DNA of 64,000 nt from NCBI RefSeq assembly GCF_009914755.1, contig NC_060928.1; one strand, 5' to 3'. The position numbers and the translations under genes were made by a program. Below the pieces are notes generated by a model. That model saw only the letters and a program-made list of their open reading frames with translations, was not told the origin of the DNA and did no database searches. Positions 27,975 to 40,490 of this stretch are shown one piece after another (position 1 is the stretch's first letter; the number at the start of each line of letters is the position of its first letter). Source of the stretch: the human T2T-CHM13v2.0 reference genome, Homo sapiens.

Positions 27975-28277
27975 AACTGGTGTGGTGGCTTACACTTGTA
28001 ATCTCCACACTTTGAAAGGCCGAGTTGGGAGGATCACTTGAGGCTAGGAGTTCAAAACCAGCCTGGTCTATATAATGAGACCCTGTCTCTACAAAAACAA
28101 TAAAAAATAAAACATTAGCCAGGCATAGTTAATCCCTATAGTCCCAGCTACTTGGGAGGCTGAGGCAGAAGGATTTTGAGCTTAGGAGTTTGAGGTTACA
28201 GTGAGCCATGACCACACCATTGCATTGAAACGTGGGTGGCAGAGCCAGATCCTGTTTCAAACAAAACAAAACAAAAA
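27975..28277 (+). mobile_element. AluJ
   Basis: gaggatcacttgaggctaggagttc and ttgaggttacagtgagccatga; (CAAAA)n tail. Confidence 0.9.
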
Positions 28278-28731
28278 TATATTATTAAAACAAAAAATAT
28301 TTCCTTTTTTCCTATTATTACATAGTATGGCTGTATTTTTCTAACTTCTAATAAAAATTATTCTCAGTTAAATAATTTTCTTCACAATATCTCTTTTAAC
28401 TTTAATTTTTCTGATTTTAGGACAAATTTTTATAAGCAGAATAACCCACACACAAAAGTATAAAACTATTTAAGTCTTTTGATGAAAAGTATAAAAACAA
28501 ATTTTTCCAAATTATAACAATTTTATTTCTATCCACTCATGACAATATTCCTTTTACCTATTAAAATATTTTTTTCATTGTATCTCATTTATTACATGTG
28601 AGGATATATTGATAAAATCTCTCAAGACAGGAATTTAGCAACACAGAGGAAAAGCCTCAGATATGATTGAGAATCTTCAATCCACAATTCTACAAACGGA
28701 TCCTAAGGACATACTAAAAAAAATGAATTTG

Positions 28732-29032
<301 letters not shown>

Positions 29033-29047
29033 TGCAATTTGTTTTTC

Positions 29048-29370
29048 TTTTCTTTTCTTTTCTTTCTTTTCTTTTTTTTTTTTTTTTTTTTGACAGAGTC
29101 TGGCTTTGTAGCCCAGGCTGGAGTGCAGTGGCACGATCTCACCTCACTACCACCTCCGCCTCCCAGGTTCAAGTGATTCACCTGCCTCAGCCTCCTGAGT
29201 AGCTGGGATTACAGGCGCGTGCCACCATGCCCAGCTAATTTTTTGTATTTTTGGTAAAGACAGGGTTTCACCACGTTAGCCAGGATGGTCTCTATCTCCT
29301 GACCTCGTGATCTGCTAGCCTGGGCCACCCGAAGTGCTGGGATCACAGGCGTGAGCCACTGCGCCCCGCC
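29048..29370 (-). mobile_element. AluS (Sc-like)
   Basis: ttagccaggatggtctc and gacctcgtgatc; TSD tgcaatttgtttttc (29033) / tgcaatttgcttttc (29371). Confidence 0.92.
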
Positions 29371-31136
29371 TGCAATTTGCTTTTCTATAAGGAAAGCCAG
29401 TCCTTCAGTGTTCAGTTTAGCATGACACCTTATGGAAAACTTCTCTTTTCCTCTGCTCAACTTCTCTGCCATCCCTCGTGCTGATATAGCACTTGGGCAC
29501 ATGTATGATCTTACTTACTAGATAATCAAAATTGTTGAAACTATTAGTTGAAATGTATTAAATGCTTAGAAAGCATAGTTGATAATATTCGAAGCAGGTT
29601 TTTTACTCATTTTATTATTTATTCATGAAAACAAATTTCTGATGTAGGAATGACGTTCCGTATTTTATCACTGATTTAACTACTGCTTTAGAAAGGATGA
29701 ATAAATGGCTCAAGTTCATGCAGGGAAGAAACGAGAGCACCAAGATTCAAACACAGGCAGACTGAGTTGAAATATTTCTTCAGTCAGCGATGTATATAAT
29801 TTTTTTCTGATTCTAATATTAAAGTTATATTATGCTTTCCAAATACTTATGGATAAAAGAAATTAGAAAGATCTTAAAAATTAACAAATTTCACAATTGC
29901 AGTATTCACATTATTAGTTGTGGATACCTACCTTCCATGAGCTATTGCTAACCTAATAAAACACTTTTTAATATATTACTGGCAATGTTAAATCTCTACC
30001 TTCACCACTATTTGTACATTAAATTAGAAGAAGAAAGCCTTATTGAAATGAGAAAAGAGATATTGCATGAAAATAACAGACTCCAAATATGAATATTAGA
30101 TAATAAATATACTTCAGTCAGACAGTTTGGTCAAAAGTGAAGATGAATTACAGAATATAGCAGTTCTTTGCAAACATTTGTGAAAATAACATGTGAATCT
30201 TATTGATAAAATATTCAGGTAAGTATATTTTTCATTACTATTTGACCTTATCAACTATATCAGGGAAATTTGCATGAGCCAATTTTTCAATAAATATTGC
30301 ATTATATATTACACAAATAGAAAATGAAGAAAAAAGAATCCTGTGTTTTTATAAAACATCAGAAGCACTTTTGACAGGAAACAGGATTATCTGAACAACT
30401 GAATATTTATGGGGAAATTGTATACTTAGTATAGAGAGATTTGAACTATTAATCAAAAAATCATTCGGATGCAGAGAACTCTAAGGAAGGTGAAAATTGT
30501 AAATCAAAATGCATATGTATATAAATCATTATTTTTAAGGAGGCTATTTTGGTAGAGCAAATAGTAGAAATGAAATATTTTACCTAAGACTCAGATTCTG
30601 ATAATACCAGGTTATAGCTAAATAAGAAATGAGAAGAATTTGTCTTCATTTAATGCTTAAAGATCATCACTGCAGAGACAGGGATGATCAGTGAGCCCCG
30701 GGCCATGGTTCTGCAAAGAAAATGATGAACTCCACTTACTGTGTATGTACTATTGCCTAGAGTGAACTTACTTTTCCAAGCTAGGAATAAACAATAATAT
30801 TCTTCAGTATCATACTTAACACCTTGCAATGCCCTCACACACATGTTTCTTAAATGATAGGCTTTTCTTTTCACATTCTCATGTAGAAATCTGGTACATG
30901 TTCATTCCTTGGCAGCTGTGTAATAGTTTAAAAGTCTGAGCTCTCAGCAAAAGAAGACAAAAAAGTGAGAAAAAGCCTCATTCTGATTGCCAGCCAAATA
31001 AATATATCTTTAGAAAGAGGAGGACAATTTTTACTTTGCTTAGTACCTCTTGAAACAATAGAGTCCTGTAGGACACAGTTGATACTAATGGGACAAATCT
31101 CCCTATCCAATCCCAGCTTCCACTGTACTTGCTGAG

Positions 31137-31503
31137 TGTGAGGCCTCTGAGCCCTAGCCTGCACATATACATGCAGATGGCCTGAAGCAAGCGAAGAATC
31201 AGAAAAGAAGTGAAAATGGTCAGTTCCTGCCTTAACTGATGACATTACCTTGTGAAATTCCTTCTCCTGGCTCAGAAGCTCCCCCACTGAGCACCTTGTG
31301 ACCTCCGCCCCTGCCGGCCAGAGAACAACCCCCTTTGACTGTAATTTTCCACTATTACCCAAATCCTATAAAACGGCCCCATCCCTATCTCTCTTCGCTG
31401 ACTCTCTTTTTGGACTCAGCCTGCCTGCACCCAGGTGAAATAAACAGCCTTGTTGCTCGCACAAAGCCTGTTTGGTGGTCTCTTCACGTGGACACAAGTG
31501 ACG
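31137..31503 (+). promoter_or_regulatory. 5' LTR7 (short, 367 bp)
   Basis: Starts tgtgaggcctctgagccc; TATAAAA at 31367-31373; AATAAA at 31439-31444; GC-box-like ctccgcccc. Confidence 0.95.
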
Positions 31504-31505
31504 TT

Positions 31506-31524
31506 TGGTGCCAAAGACCTGAGA
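31506..31524 (+). other. primer-binding site, tRNA-Phe-like
   Basis: tggtgccaaagacctgaga immediately follows the 5' LTR and tt. Confidence 0.75.
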
Positions 31525-31642
31525 TGGGAGGACTCCTTTGGGAGACCAGCCCCTGTCCTCACCATCACTCCGTGAGGAGATACACCTACAACCTCGGGTC
31601 CTCAGAGCAACCATCCCAAGGAACATCTCACCAATTTCAAAT

Positions 31643-31651
31643 CGGGTAAGC
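31643..31651 (+). promoter_or_regulatory. HERV-H major splice donor
   Basis: aaatcgg|gtaagc, with GT at 31646-31647, at the known leader position. Confidence 0.75.
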
Positions 31652-31854
31652 AGTCTTTTCACTCTCTTCTCCAGCCTCTTTTGCTATCCTTCATTCTCCC
31701 TCTCTCGCTACCCTTCAATCTCCCCGTCCTTCCAATTCCAGTTCTTTTTCCTCTGTAGTAGAGACAAAGGAGACACATTTTATCCGTGGACCCAAAACTC
31801 CGGCACCCGTCATGGACTCGGGAAGATAGTCTTCCCTTGGTGATTAATCACTGT

Positions 31855-31995
31855 GGGGACGCCTGCCTGATTATTCGCCCACACTCCATTGGTGTCTGAT
31901 CACCACGAGGATGCCTGCCTTGGTCATTCACCCACATTCCCTTGGTGGCAAGTCAATTGTGGGGACGCCTGCTTTGGCTGCTCACCCACACTGCA
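31855..31995 (+). repeat. HERV-H leader tandem repeats (3 units of ~54 bp)
   Basis: ggggacgcctgcc...cccacac-like units occur three times. Confidence 0.75.
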
Positions 31996-32019
31996 GCCTA
32001 GGGCTGCTCACCACCCCCT

Positions 32020-33315
32020 TCTCTGTGTCTCCACCTTTCTCTTTGAACTTACCTACTTCACTGTGGGCAAACTTCCGCCCTCCATTCCCCCTTCTTCTCC
32101 CTTAACCTGTGTTCTCAAAAACTTAAAACCTCTTCAACGCTCGCCTGACCTAAAACCTAAGCATCTTATTTTCTTCTGCAACACCGCTTGGCCCCAATAC
32201 AAACTCAATAAAGGTTCTAAATAGCCAGAAAATGACACTTTTGATTTCTCCATTTTACAAGACCTGGATGATTTTTGTCGAAAAATAGGCAAATGGTCTG
32301 AGGTGCCTGATGTCCAGGCATTCTTTTACACATTGGTCCCTCCCTAGTCTCTGCTCCCAATGTGACTCATCCCAAATCTTTCTTCTTTCTCTCCTGTCTG
32401 TTCCTTCAGTCTCCACCCCAAGCTGAGTCCTTTGAATCCTCCTTTTCTATGGACTCATCTGACCTCTCCTCCCCAGGCTGCTCCTCACCAGGCCGAACCA
32501 GGTCCCAATTCTTCCTCAGCCTCTGCTCCCCCACCCTATAACCTTTCTATTACTTCCCCTCCTCATGCCCAGTCCTGCTTACAGTTTCATTCTGGGACTA
32601 GCCCTCCCCCACCTGCCCAACAATTTCCTCTTAAAGAGGTGGCTGGAGCTGAAGGCATAGTCAAGGTTAATGCTCCTTTTTCTTCATCTGACCTCTCCCA
32701 AATCAGTTAGTGTTTAAGCTCTTTTTCATCAAATATAAAAACCTAGCTCAGTTCATGGCCCGTTTGGCAACAACCATTAGATGCTTTACCACCCTAGACC
32801 CAGAGGGGCCAGAAAGCCGTCTTATTCTCAATATGCATTTTATTACCCAAGCCCCTCCCAACATTAGAAAAAGCTCCAAAAATTAGATTCCAGCCCTCAA
32901 ACCCCACAACAGGACTTAATTAACCTCACCTTCAAGGTGTACAATAATACAGTAGAGGCAGCCAAGTAGCAACGTATTTCTGAGTTGCAATTCCTTGCCT
33001 CAACTGTGAGAGAAACCCCAGTCACATCTCCAGCACACAAGAACTTCAAAACGTCTAAACCATAGGGGCCAGGCATTCCTCCGGGACTGCCTCCCCCAGG
33101 ATCTTGCTTCCAGTGCCAGAAATCTGGCCACTGGGCCAAGGAATGCCCGCAGCCTAGGATTCCTCCTAAGCTGTGTCCCATCTGTGTGGGACCCCACTGG
33201 AAATCAGACTGTCCAACTCACCTGGCAGCCACTCCCAGAGCCCCTGGAACTCTGGCCCAAGGCTCTCTGACTGACTCCTTCCCAGATCTTCTCGGCTTCA
33301 GCGGCTGAAGACTGA
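32020..33315 (+). pseudogene. gag: HERV-H gag remnant with two zinc knuckles
   Basis: LKPKHLIFFCNTAWPQYKL (matrix) and FPLKEVAGAEGIVKVNAPFS. In-frame CFQCQKSGHWAKEC (33105-33146) and CPICVGPHWKSDC (33174-33212). Interrupted by stops. Confidence 0.9.
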
Positions 33316-33359
33316 CACTGCCCTATTGCCTCGGAAGCCTACAGGACCATCACAGACAC

Positions 33360-36095
33360 TTTGGGTAACTCTTAGAGAGCAGGGTAAGTCCATCTCCTTC
33401 TTAATCAATACAGACGCTACCCACTCCACAGTACCTTCTTTTCAAGGGCCTGTTTCCCTTGCCTCCATAACTGTTGTGGGTATTGACGGCCAGGCTTCTA
33501 AACCTCTTAAAACTCCCCAACTCTGGTGCCAACTTAGCCAATATTCTTTTAAGCACCCCTTTTTAGTTATCCCCACCTGCCCAGCTCCCTTATTAGGCTG
33601 AGACATTTTAACTAAATTGTCTGCTTCCCTGACTACTCCTAGGCTACAGCCACACCTCAGTGATAGATGTGGAAGATACTATAGCATAGCCTGTCTTGGC
33701 TGGTGAATGGTGATTAGGCCTTTGGAACTGGGAGCCTTTTCTCCAGTTCAAAGCCTCCTTCACATCCTCCCCTTGTATCTCCCCACCTTAATCCACAAGA
33801 ATAGGATGCCTCTACTCCCTCCTTGGTGACGAATCATGCACCCCTTACCATCCCATTAAAACCTAATCACCCTTACCCCACTCAATGCCAATATCCCATC
33901 CCACAGTACACTTTAAACGGGTTAAAGCCTGTTATCACTTGCCTGTTACAGCATGGCCCTTTAAAGCCTATAAACTCTCCTTACAATTCCCCCATTTTAC
34001 CTGTCCAAAAAAAACTGGACAAGCCTTACAGGTTAGTTCAGGATCTGCACCTTATCAACCAAAGTGTCTTGCGTATCCACCCCATGGTGCCAAAGTCATA
34101 TACTCTCCTAACCTCAATACCTCCCTCCACAACCCCTCCATAACCCATTACTCTGTTCTGGATCTCAAACATGCTTTCTTTACTATTCCCTTGCCCCCTT
34201 CATCCCAGCCTCTCTTCACTTTCACTTGGATTGACCCTGACACCCATCAGGCTCAGAAAATTACCTGGGCTGTACTGCCTCAAGGCTTCACAGACAGCCC
34301 CATTACTTCAGTCAAGCCCAAATTTCTTCCTCATCCTTTACTTATCTCGGCATAATTCTTCATGAAAACACACGTGCTCTCCCTTCTGATCATATCTGGC
34401 TAATCTCCCAAACCCCAACCCCTTCTACAAAGCAACAACTCCTTTCCTACCTAGGCATGGTTAGATACTCCACCTTTAGAGACCTAGTTTTACCATCCTG
34501 ACCAAACCATTACATAAACTCAGAAAAGCAAACCTAGCTGACCCCACAGATCTAAATCCTTTTGCCACTTCTCTTTCCATTCCTTAAAAACAGCCCTAGA
34601 AGCTGCTCCCACACTAGCTCTCCCTAACTCATCCCAACCCTTTTTCATTACACACAGCCGAAGTGCAGGACTCTGCGGTCAGAATTCTTACACAAGAGCC
34701 AGGACTGTGCCCTGTAGCCTTTCTGTCCAAACAACTTGACCTTACTGTTGTAGGCTAGCTCCCACATTATTCCTGATACGACACCTGACCCCCATGCCTG
34801 TATCTCTCTGATACACCTGGCATTCACTCCATTTCTCCATATTTCCTTCTTTCCTGTTCCTCCCCTGATCACATCTGGTTTATTTTTATTTTTATTTATT
34901 TATTTTTTTTGAGACAGAGTCTCGCTGTCGCCCAGGCTGGAGTGCAGTGGTGCGACATCTGGTTTATTGATGGCAGTTCCAACAGGCCTAATCACCATTC
35001 ACCACCAAAGACAGGCTATGCTATAGTATTTTCCACATCTATCACTGAGGCTACCGCTCTGCCCCCTCCACTACCTCTCAGCAAGCTGAACTCATTGCCT
35101 TAACTCGGGCTCTCACTCTTGCAAAGGGATTACTTGTCAATATTTATACTGATTCTAAATATGCCTTCCATATCCTGCACCACCATGCTGTTATATGGGC
35201 AGAAAGAGGTTTCCTCACTATGCAAGGGTCCTCCATCATTAATGCCTCTTTAATAAAAACTCTTTTCAAGGTCGCTTTACTTCCAAAGGAAGCTGGAGTC
35301 ATTCACCGCAAGGGCCATCAAAAGGCATCAGATCCCATAGCTCCGGGCAATGCTTATGCTGATAAGGTAGCTAAAAAAGCAGCTAGGGTTCCAACTTCTA
35401 TCCCTCACGGCAATTTTTCTCCTCATCTGGTCACTCCCACCTACTCCCCCACTGAAACTTCCACCTATCAATCTCTTCCCAAACAAGGCAAATGGTTCTT
35501 GGACCAAGGAAAATATCTCCTTCCAGCCTCACAGGCCCATTCTATTCTGTCATCATTTCATAACCTCTTCCATGTAAGTTACAAGCTGCTAACCCGCCTC
35601 TTAAAACCTCTCTTTTCCTTTCCATCGTAAAAATCTATCCTCAAAAAATCACTTCTCAGTGTTCCATCTGCTATTCTACTACTCCTCAGGAATTTCTCAG
35701 GCCCCCTCCCTTCCCTACACATCAAGCTTGAGAATTTGCCCCTGCCCAAGACTGGCAAATTGACTTTACTCCCATGCCCCGAGTCAGGAAACTAAAATAA
35801 CTCTTGGTCTGGGTATACACTTTCACTGGATGGGTAGAGGCCTTTCCCACAGGGTCTGAGAAGGCCACCATGGTCATTTCTTCCCTTGTGTCAGACATAA
35901 TTCCTCAGTTTGGCCTTCCCAACTCTATACAGTCCAATAATGGACTGGCCTTTGCTAGTCAAATCACCCAAGCAGTTTCTCAGGCTCTTGGTATTCAGTG
36001 AAACCTTCATACCCCTCACCATCCTCAATCTTCAGGAAAGGTAGAACGGACTAATGGTCTTTTAAAAACACACCTCACCAAGCTCAGCCTCCAAC
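33360..36095 (+). pseudogene. pol: HERV-H pro-pol remnant
   Basis: FLINTDATHS (degenerate protease DTG); SPYNSPILPVQK..YRLVQDL and SVLDLKHAFF..TWAVLPQGFTDSP (RT, YxDD region deleted); WFIDGSS and GNAYADKVAK (RNase H); TFTGWVEAFP..IQSNNGLAF (integrase). Confidence 0.92.
34885..34954 (-). mobile_element. tiny 5'-truncated Alu inside HERV-H RNase H
   Basis: T-rich tail plus gagacagagtctcgctgtcgcccaggctggagtgcagtggtgcg; perfect 14-bp TSD acatctggtttatt (34871-34884, 34955-34968). Confidence 0.95.
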
Positions 36096-36532
36096 TTAAA
36101 AAGGAGGACTCTGTCAAGGATAGAGCCCAAAAACTCACCAACCAAGCAAGTAATTACGCTGAACCCCCTTGGGTACTCTCTAATTGGATGTCCTGGGTCC
36201 TCCCAATTCTTAGTCCTTTAATACCTGTTTTTCTCCTTCTCTTATTCAGACCTTGTGTCTTCCATTTAGTTTCTCATTTCATACAAAACCACATCCAGGC
36301 TATTACCAATCATTCTATATGACAAATCCTCCTTTTAACAACCCCACAATATCGCCTCTTACCACAAAATCTTCCTTCTGCTTAATCGCTCCCACTCTAA
36401 GTTCCCACGCCACCCCTAATCCCACTCGAAGCAGCCCTGAGAAACATTGCCCATTATCTCTCCATACAACCCCCAAAATTTTCACCACCCCAACACTTCA
36501 CCACTATTTTGTTTTATTTTTCTTATTAATAT

Positions 36533-36545
36533 AAGAAGACAGGAA
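36533..36545 (+). other. polypurine tract
   Basis: aagaagacaggaa directly precedes the 3' LTR. Confidence 0.85.
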
Positions 36546-36913
36546 TGTCAGGCCTCTGAGCCCAAGCTTGCACATGTACATCCAGATGGCCTGAAGCAAG
36601 TGAAGAATCACAAAAGAAGTGAAAATGGTCAGTTCCTGCCTTAACTGATGACATTACCTTGTGAAATTCCTTCTCCTGGCTCACGAGCTCCCCCCACTGA
36701 GCACCTTGTGACCCCTGCCCCTGCCTGCCAGAGAACACCCCCCTTTGACTGTAATTTTCCACTACCTACCCAAATCCTATATAACAGCCCCACCCTATCT
36801 CCCTTCACTGACTCTCTTTTTGGGCTCAGCCCGCCTGCACCCAGGTGAAATAAACAGCCTTGTTGCTCACACAAAGCCTGTTTGGTGGTCTCTTCACACA
36901 GATGCGTGTGACA
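36546..36913 (+). mobile_element. 3' LTR7
   Basis: tgtcaggcctctgagcccaagc...gcgtgtgaca; about 91-92% identical to the 5' LTR by manual alignment. Confidence 0.97.
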
Positions 36914-38104
36914 CTGAGAAAGGAGGTTAAAGATGTCTATCTATTTCATAATAGGAGGTAACACACTGTGTGTGTCCCATGTGGCGAGAGCTCAAACAAG
37001 GCATGTCACTGCAAGTTTCCCAGAATGCTAAATAAGAACAATGGAAAATTTATACCATTTGGCACTAACTCATGGGCTCTTGTTCCTCTGATTATTGGGA
37101 AAAATTATTTCAGGTTCCAGATATCTAGAGGTTTGGTGTTAGAGAGTTGGAGATCAGCAAGGAGCAAGAACCCTCTCCCACAACCCCCCCAGAAAAATGT
37201 ACAAATAAATCATGAAAAAAGAAGGAAGAGAGGAAAGAAAAGAAGAGAAAAGCAAAGCAAAGAGAAGAACAAATGAAAAATAGCAGGTTAAAAATGAAAG
37301 ATCAAGTTTTGAGACAGAATAAATGTTAGAAATACGCAGGCAGAGGACAGCTACTTCCCCATTACAGGCCTCGTGTTTGCTTCTAGCTTTTTGTTGCTTG
37401 GGCAAATCAGCGCAATTTAAATGGCCAAAGGATATATTGAATTAAATGATTGCAATTTTGAAAAAGAAAAGGTATTGTTTCCACTTAAAAAAAATAAACA
37501 AATAAGATGATACACTTCATCCTCTTGGATTAATCAGATTTGGAGAAGCACTTACAATGGAATGGAAGCAAGCATAGTTAAATCACAAAAAATTGGTATA
37601 ATTAAAGAAGCAGCAAGAAGCACACACAGATGTATGGATATACAGTCTCACACAGGTTGCCACCCCCTTAGGGACTATTACTTTGTACTAAATGTTAGTA
37701 TATAGAAGAAAAAGAAAAGACTCTCAATTGTTTTCTAAGTGCAACCATTTTTTTATCCATTTTCAGTAACCAGTATGGCTTCAGTAATTCAGAAGGCAAA
37801 GGGAAACTGAGTCTCTCAGAAGAAACTCAAGCTGTTCTAATCATGGCTAATATTCAAATATTAAGAAAGCATAACTATATTGCAATGCGATAAAGTCAAT
37901 ACATTCCAACTTATATGGTGCTGTAACTATTTGATTCATTTTTTTTTTAAAGCAGAATGTACTCAACTCCTTGAAAGTCATGATCTCTGAGATAATCTGG
38001 TTGCATAGTTGCCTAGCATTAGCAAATGCTTTCGGCAGGGAAAACCATTTAGAGGTTAACGAATTAGATTTCTCAGATTTATCCATGGCTATTATGTGAG
38101 TAAA

Positions 38105-38720
<616 letters not shown>

Positions 38721-40315
38721 AAAAGGAAAACTTCACCAACCAGTCCTGTAAAGAACCTTGCATCTTCAGAGTCACAAATCATATTCAATTTGGCAAGCAC
38801 ACATTTTTAGTGAATTGTTTAGATTATTAAAACAATGACCAACAAAAGCCAAAAGAATGTAAAATATATCTTATGTTTTAAGAACAAAAGTCTTGTTTGA
38901 GCTCTCACCTCATATAACATTGTCGTATATATACTGACCTTGTAATCACTACAGAAGGTATTTTGCCTCTTCTAACACATGTTCATTATTTGTGAGTAGG
39001 TATAAAAAAATAAGAATTATGGGCTAATCATTTTGGTCTTTTCTATGATGCTGATATTTGATTTTGGTTAATTATATTTATTAAATAATGTGATTTAATA
39101 TGTAACTGCCAGATGAACACAAATAATCTAGATTTCTTTGCTTCAAGTAAAGGCCTAATTTTACTCACCTTGCAAAAACATCCTACTTATGCCAAAAAAT
39201 ATAAGAAATATTGTTTTTAGGATTGTTAGTATTAAATTAATCCATTGTGGATGGTGAAGTAGATAAGGAGAAAATACAAGTGAGTGAAGCTGGTTTTGCC
39301 TATTTATATAAAAGCATCATGAAATAGTTGCAGTATCACTTAAGGTCACTGGTGACAATCAAGCCGCAGGAGCATAGTTCTCCCTTAAACAGCATTTATT
39401 TGTATTATTCATACTTGTCTTACTATTACTTAGCACTGACATCCCAGTGCTTTTTAACGGATTTAAGATCCTTCTGTGTATTTAATAAATCAATAGAAAT
39501 ACTTTACAGGGAAAACACTTTATACACTTAACCATTCTGAATGATGACACATTATTCCTTAAGCAACTCATTTACCTTTTTGTTTGTTTGTTTGTTGCCT
39601 TTGGTTAAGAACTAAAACATCACTTTTATAAGGAAAGTTGTCTTTCTAAAATATGTCATTTTTGACATTTCTGTTTTCAATGTTCAGTAAATCAAAGTTG
39701 TTTTCATATGAAATACCAAAATAATAATAAATCTCTCTCAGCACTCCATTTCTCAGCAGGAAAACTCTTAGCTGGTTGTCTGCAAAAACCCAGTGAATGA
39801 AACAGAAGAGAAATGCAAGCCTTGAAATTCCATTACCTCCTTATGGAAACCACTGAATCACAATTCAATATTTTCTAGATCTAGAAACCCAAGGTTTTCT
39901 GATTCGTTTTCCTGGTGGTGGTATAACTTATTGCAAATCAGACAAGACAGTCCAGCCCAAAAAAGAAATCATGGAATGAGTTATGTACTGGCTGCAATGG
40001 GGAAGTCAGAAATGTGGAGTTAAGAGACAAAAAAAAAAAAAAAAGAAAGAAACTACCTAATTTACTGGTTACCAAGAAAAGTATAGAAGAAGAAAACACA
40101 GAAGTTTTGTAAAAATAACAATGTGCTTTGCGAGAGATGCGTTCTAAATTTAAAAGTGTAATTGAAAATTTAAGTATAATTTTACAATAACAATGAATAG
40201 CAAGACTGTCATAATGTATTTACAGACCAGATAATCAAAATATATAAGTGTAATTTTACCAACAATACCAACTGTATGCATACATCAATTTTTTCTATTT
40301 TCAAAACTGAAACAA

Positions 40316-40490
40316 TGTTAATGAACTAGTTTTACTCAGAGCAGTCTGACATCAAATACATGGTCTCTTTTCCAACACTACATTTCCAATTCTCTGACAC
40401 TGCCTGGGTGACCTACAATTCAATTCAATTCTGACATTATCTATTTGAAATTAGCATCAGATCTCACAAGTTAAGGGCAATGGCTGAACT
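40316..40490. mobile_element. MER21-like LTR fragment
   Basis: ctgggtgacctacaattcaattcaattctgacattatcta...gcatcagatctcacaagttaagggc. Confidence 0.7.

Larger units (their letters stand above)
31137..36913 (+). mobile_element. HERV-H provirus, deleted RTVL-H2-like form, 5777 bp
   Basis: Two LTR7s, PBS, leader, gag zinc knuckles, pro/RT/RNase H/IN remnants, short env TM remnant and PPT. 5-bp TSD ctgag at 31132-31136 and 36914-36918. Confidence 0.97.

Noticed and set aside
30210-30225. Perfect splice donor cag|gtaagt (similar sites near 9598 and 58557)
   Set aside because: No convincing paired acceptor and open frame; isolated consensus donors are expected by chance in 64 kb.
30928-31662. Several 98-144 aa ORFs over the 5' LTR7
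   Set aside because: Near-identical peptides recur over the 3' LTR; these are chance translations of LTR sequence.
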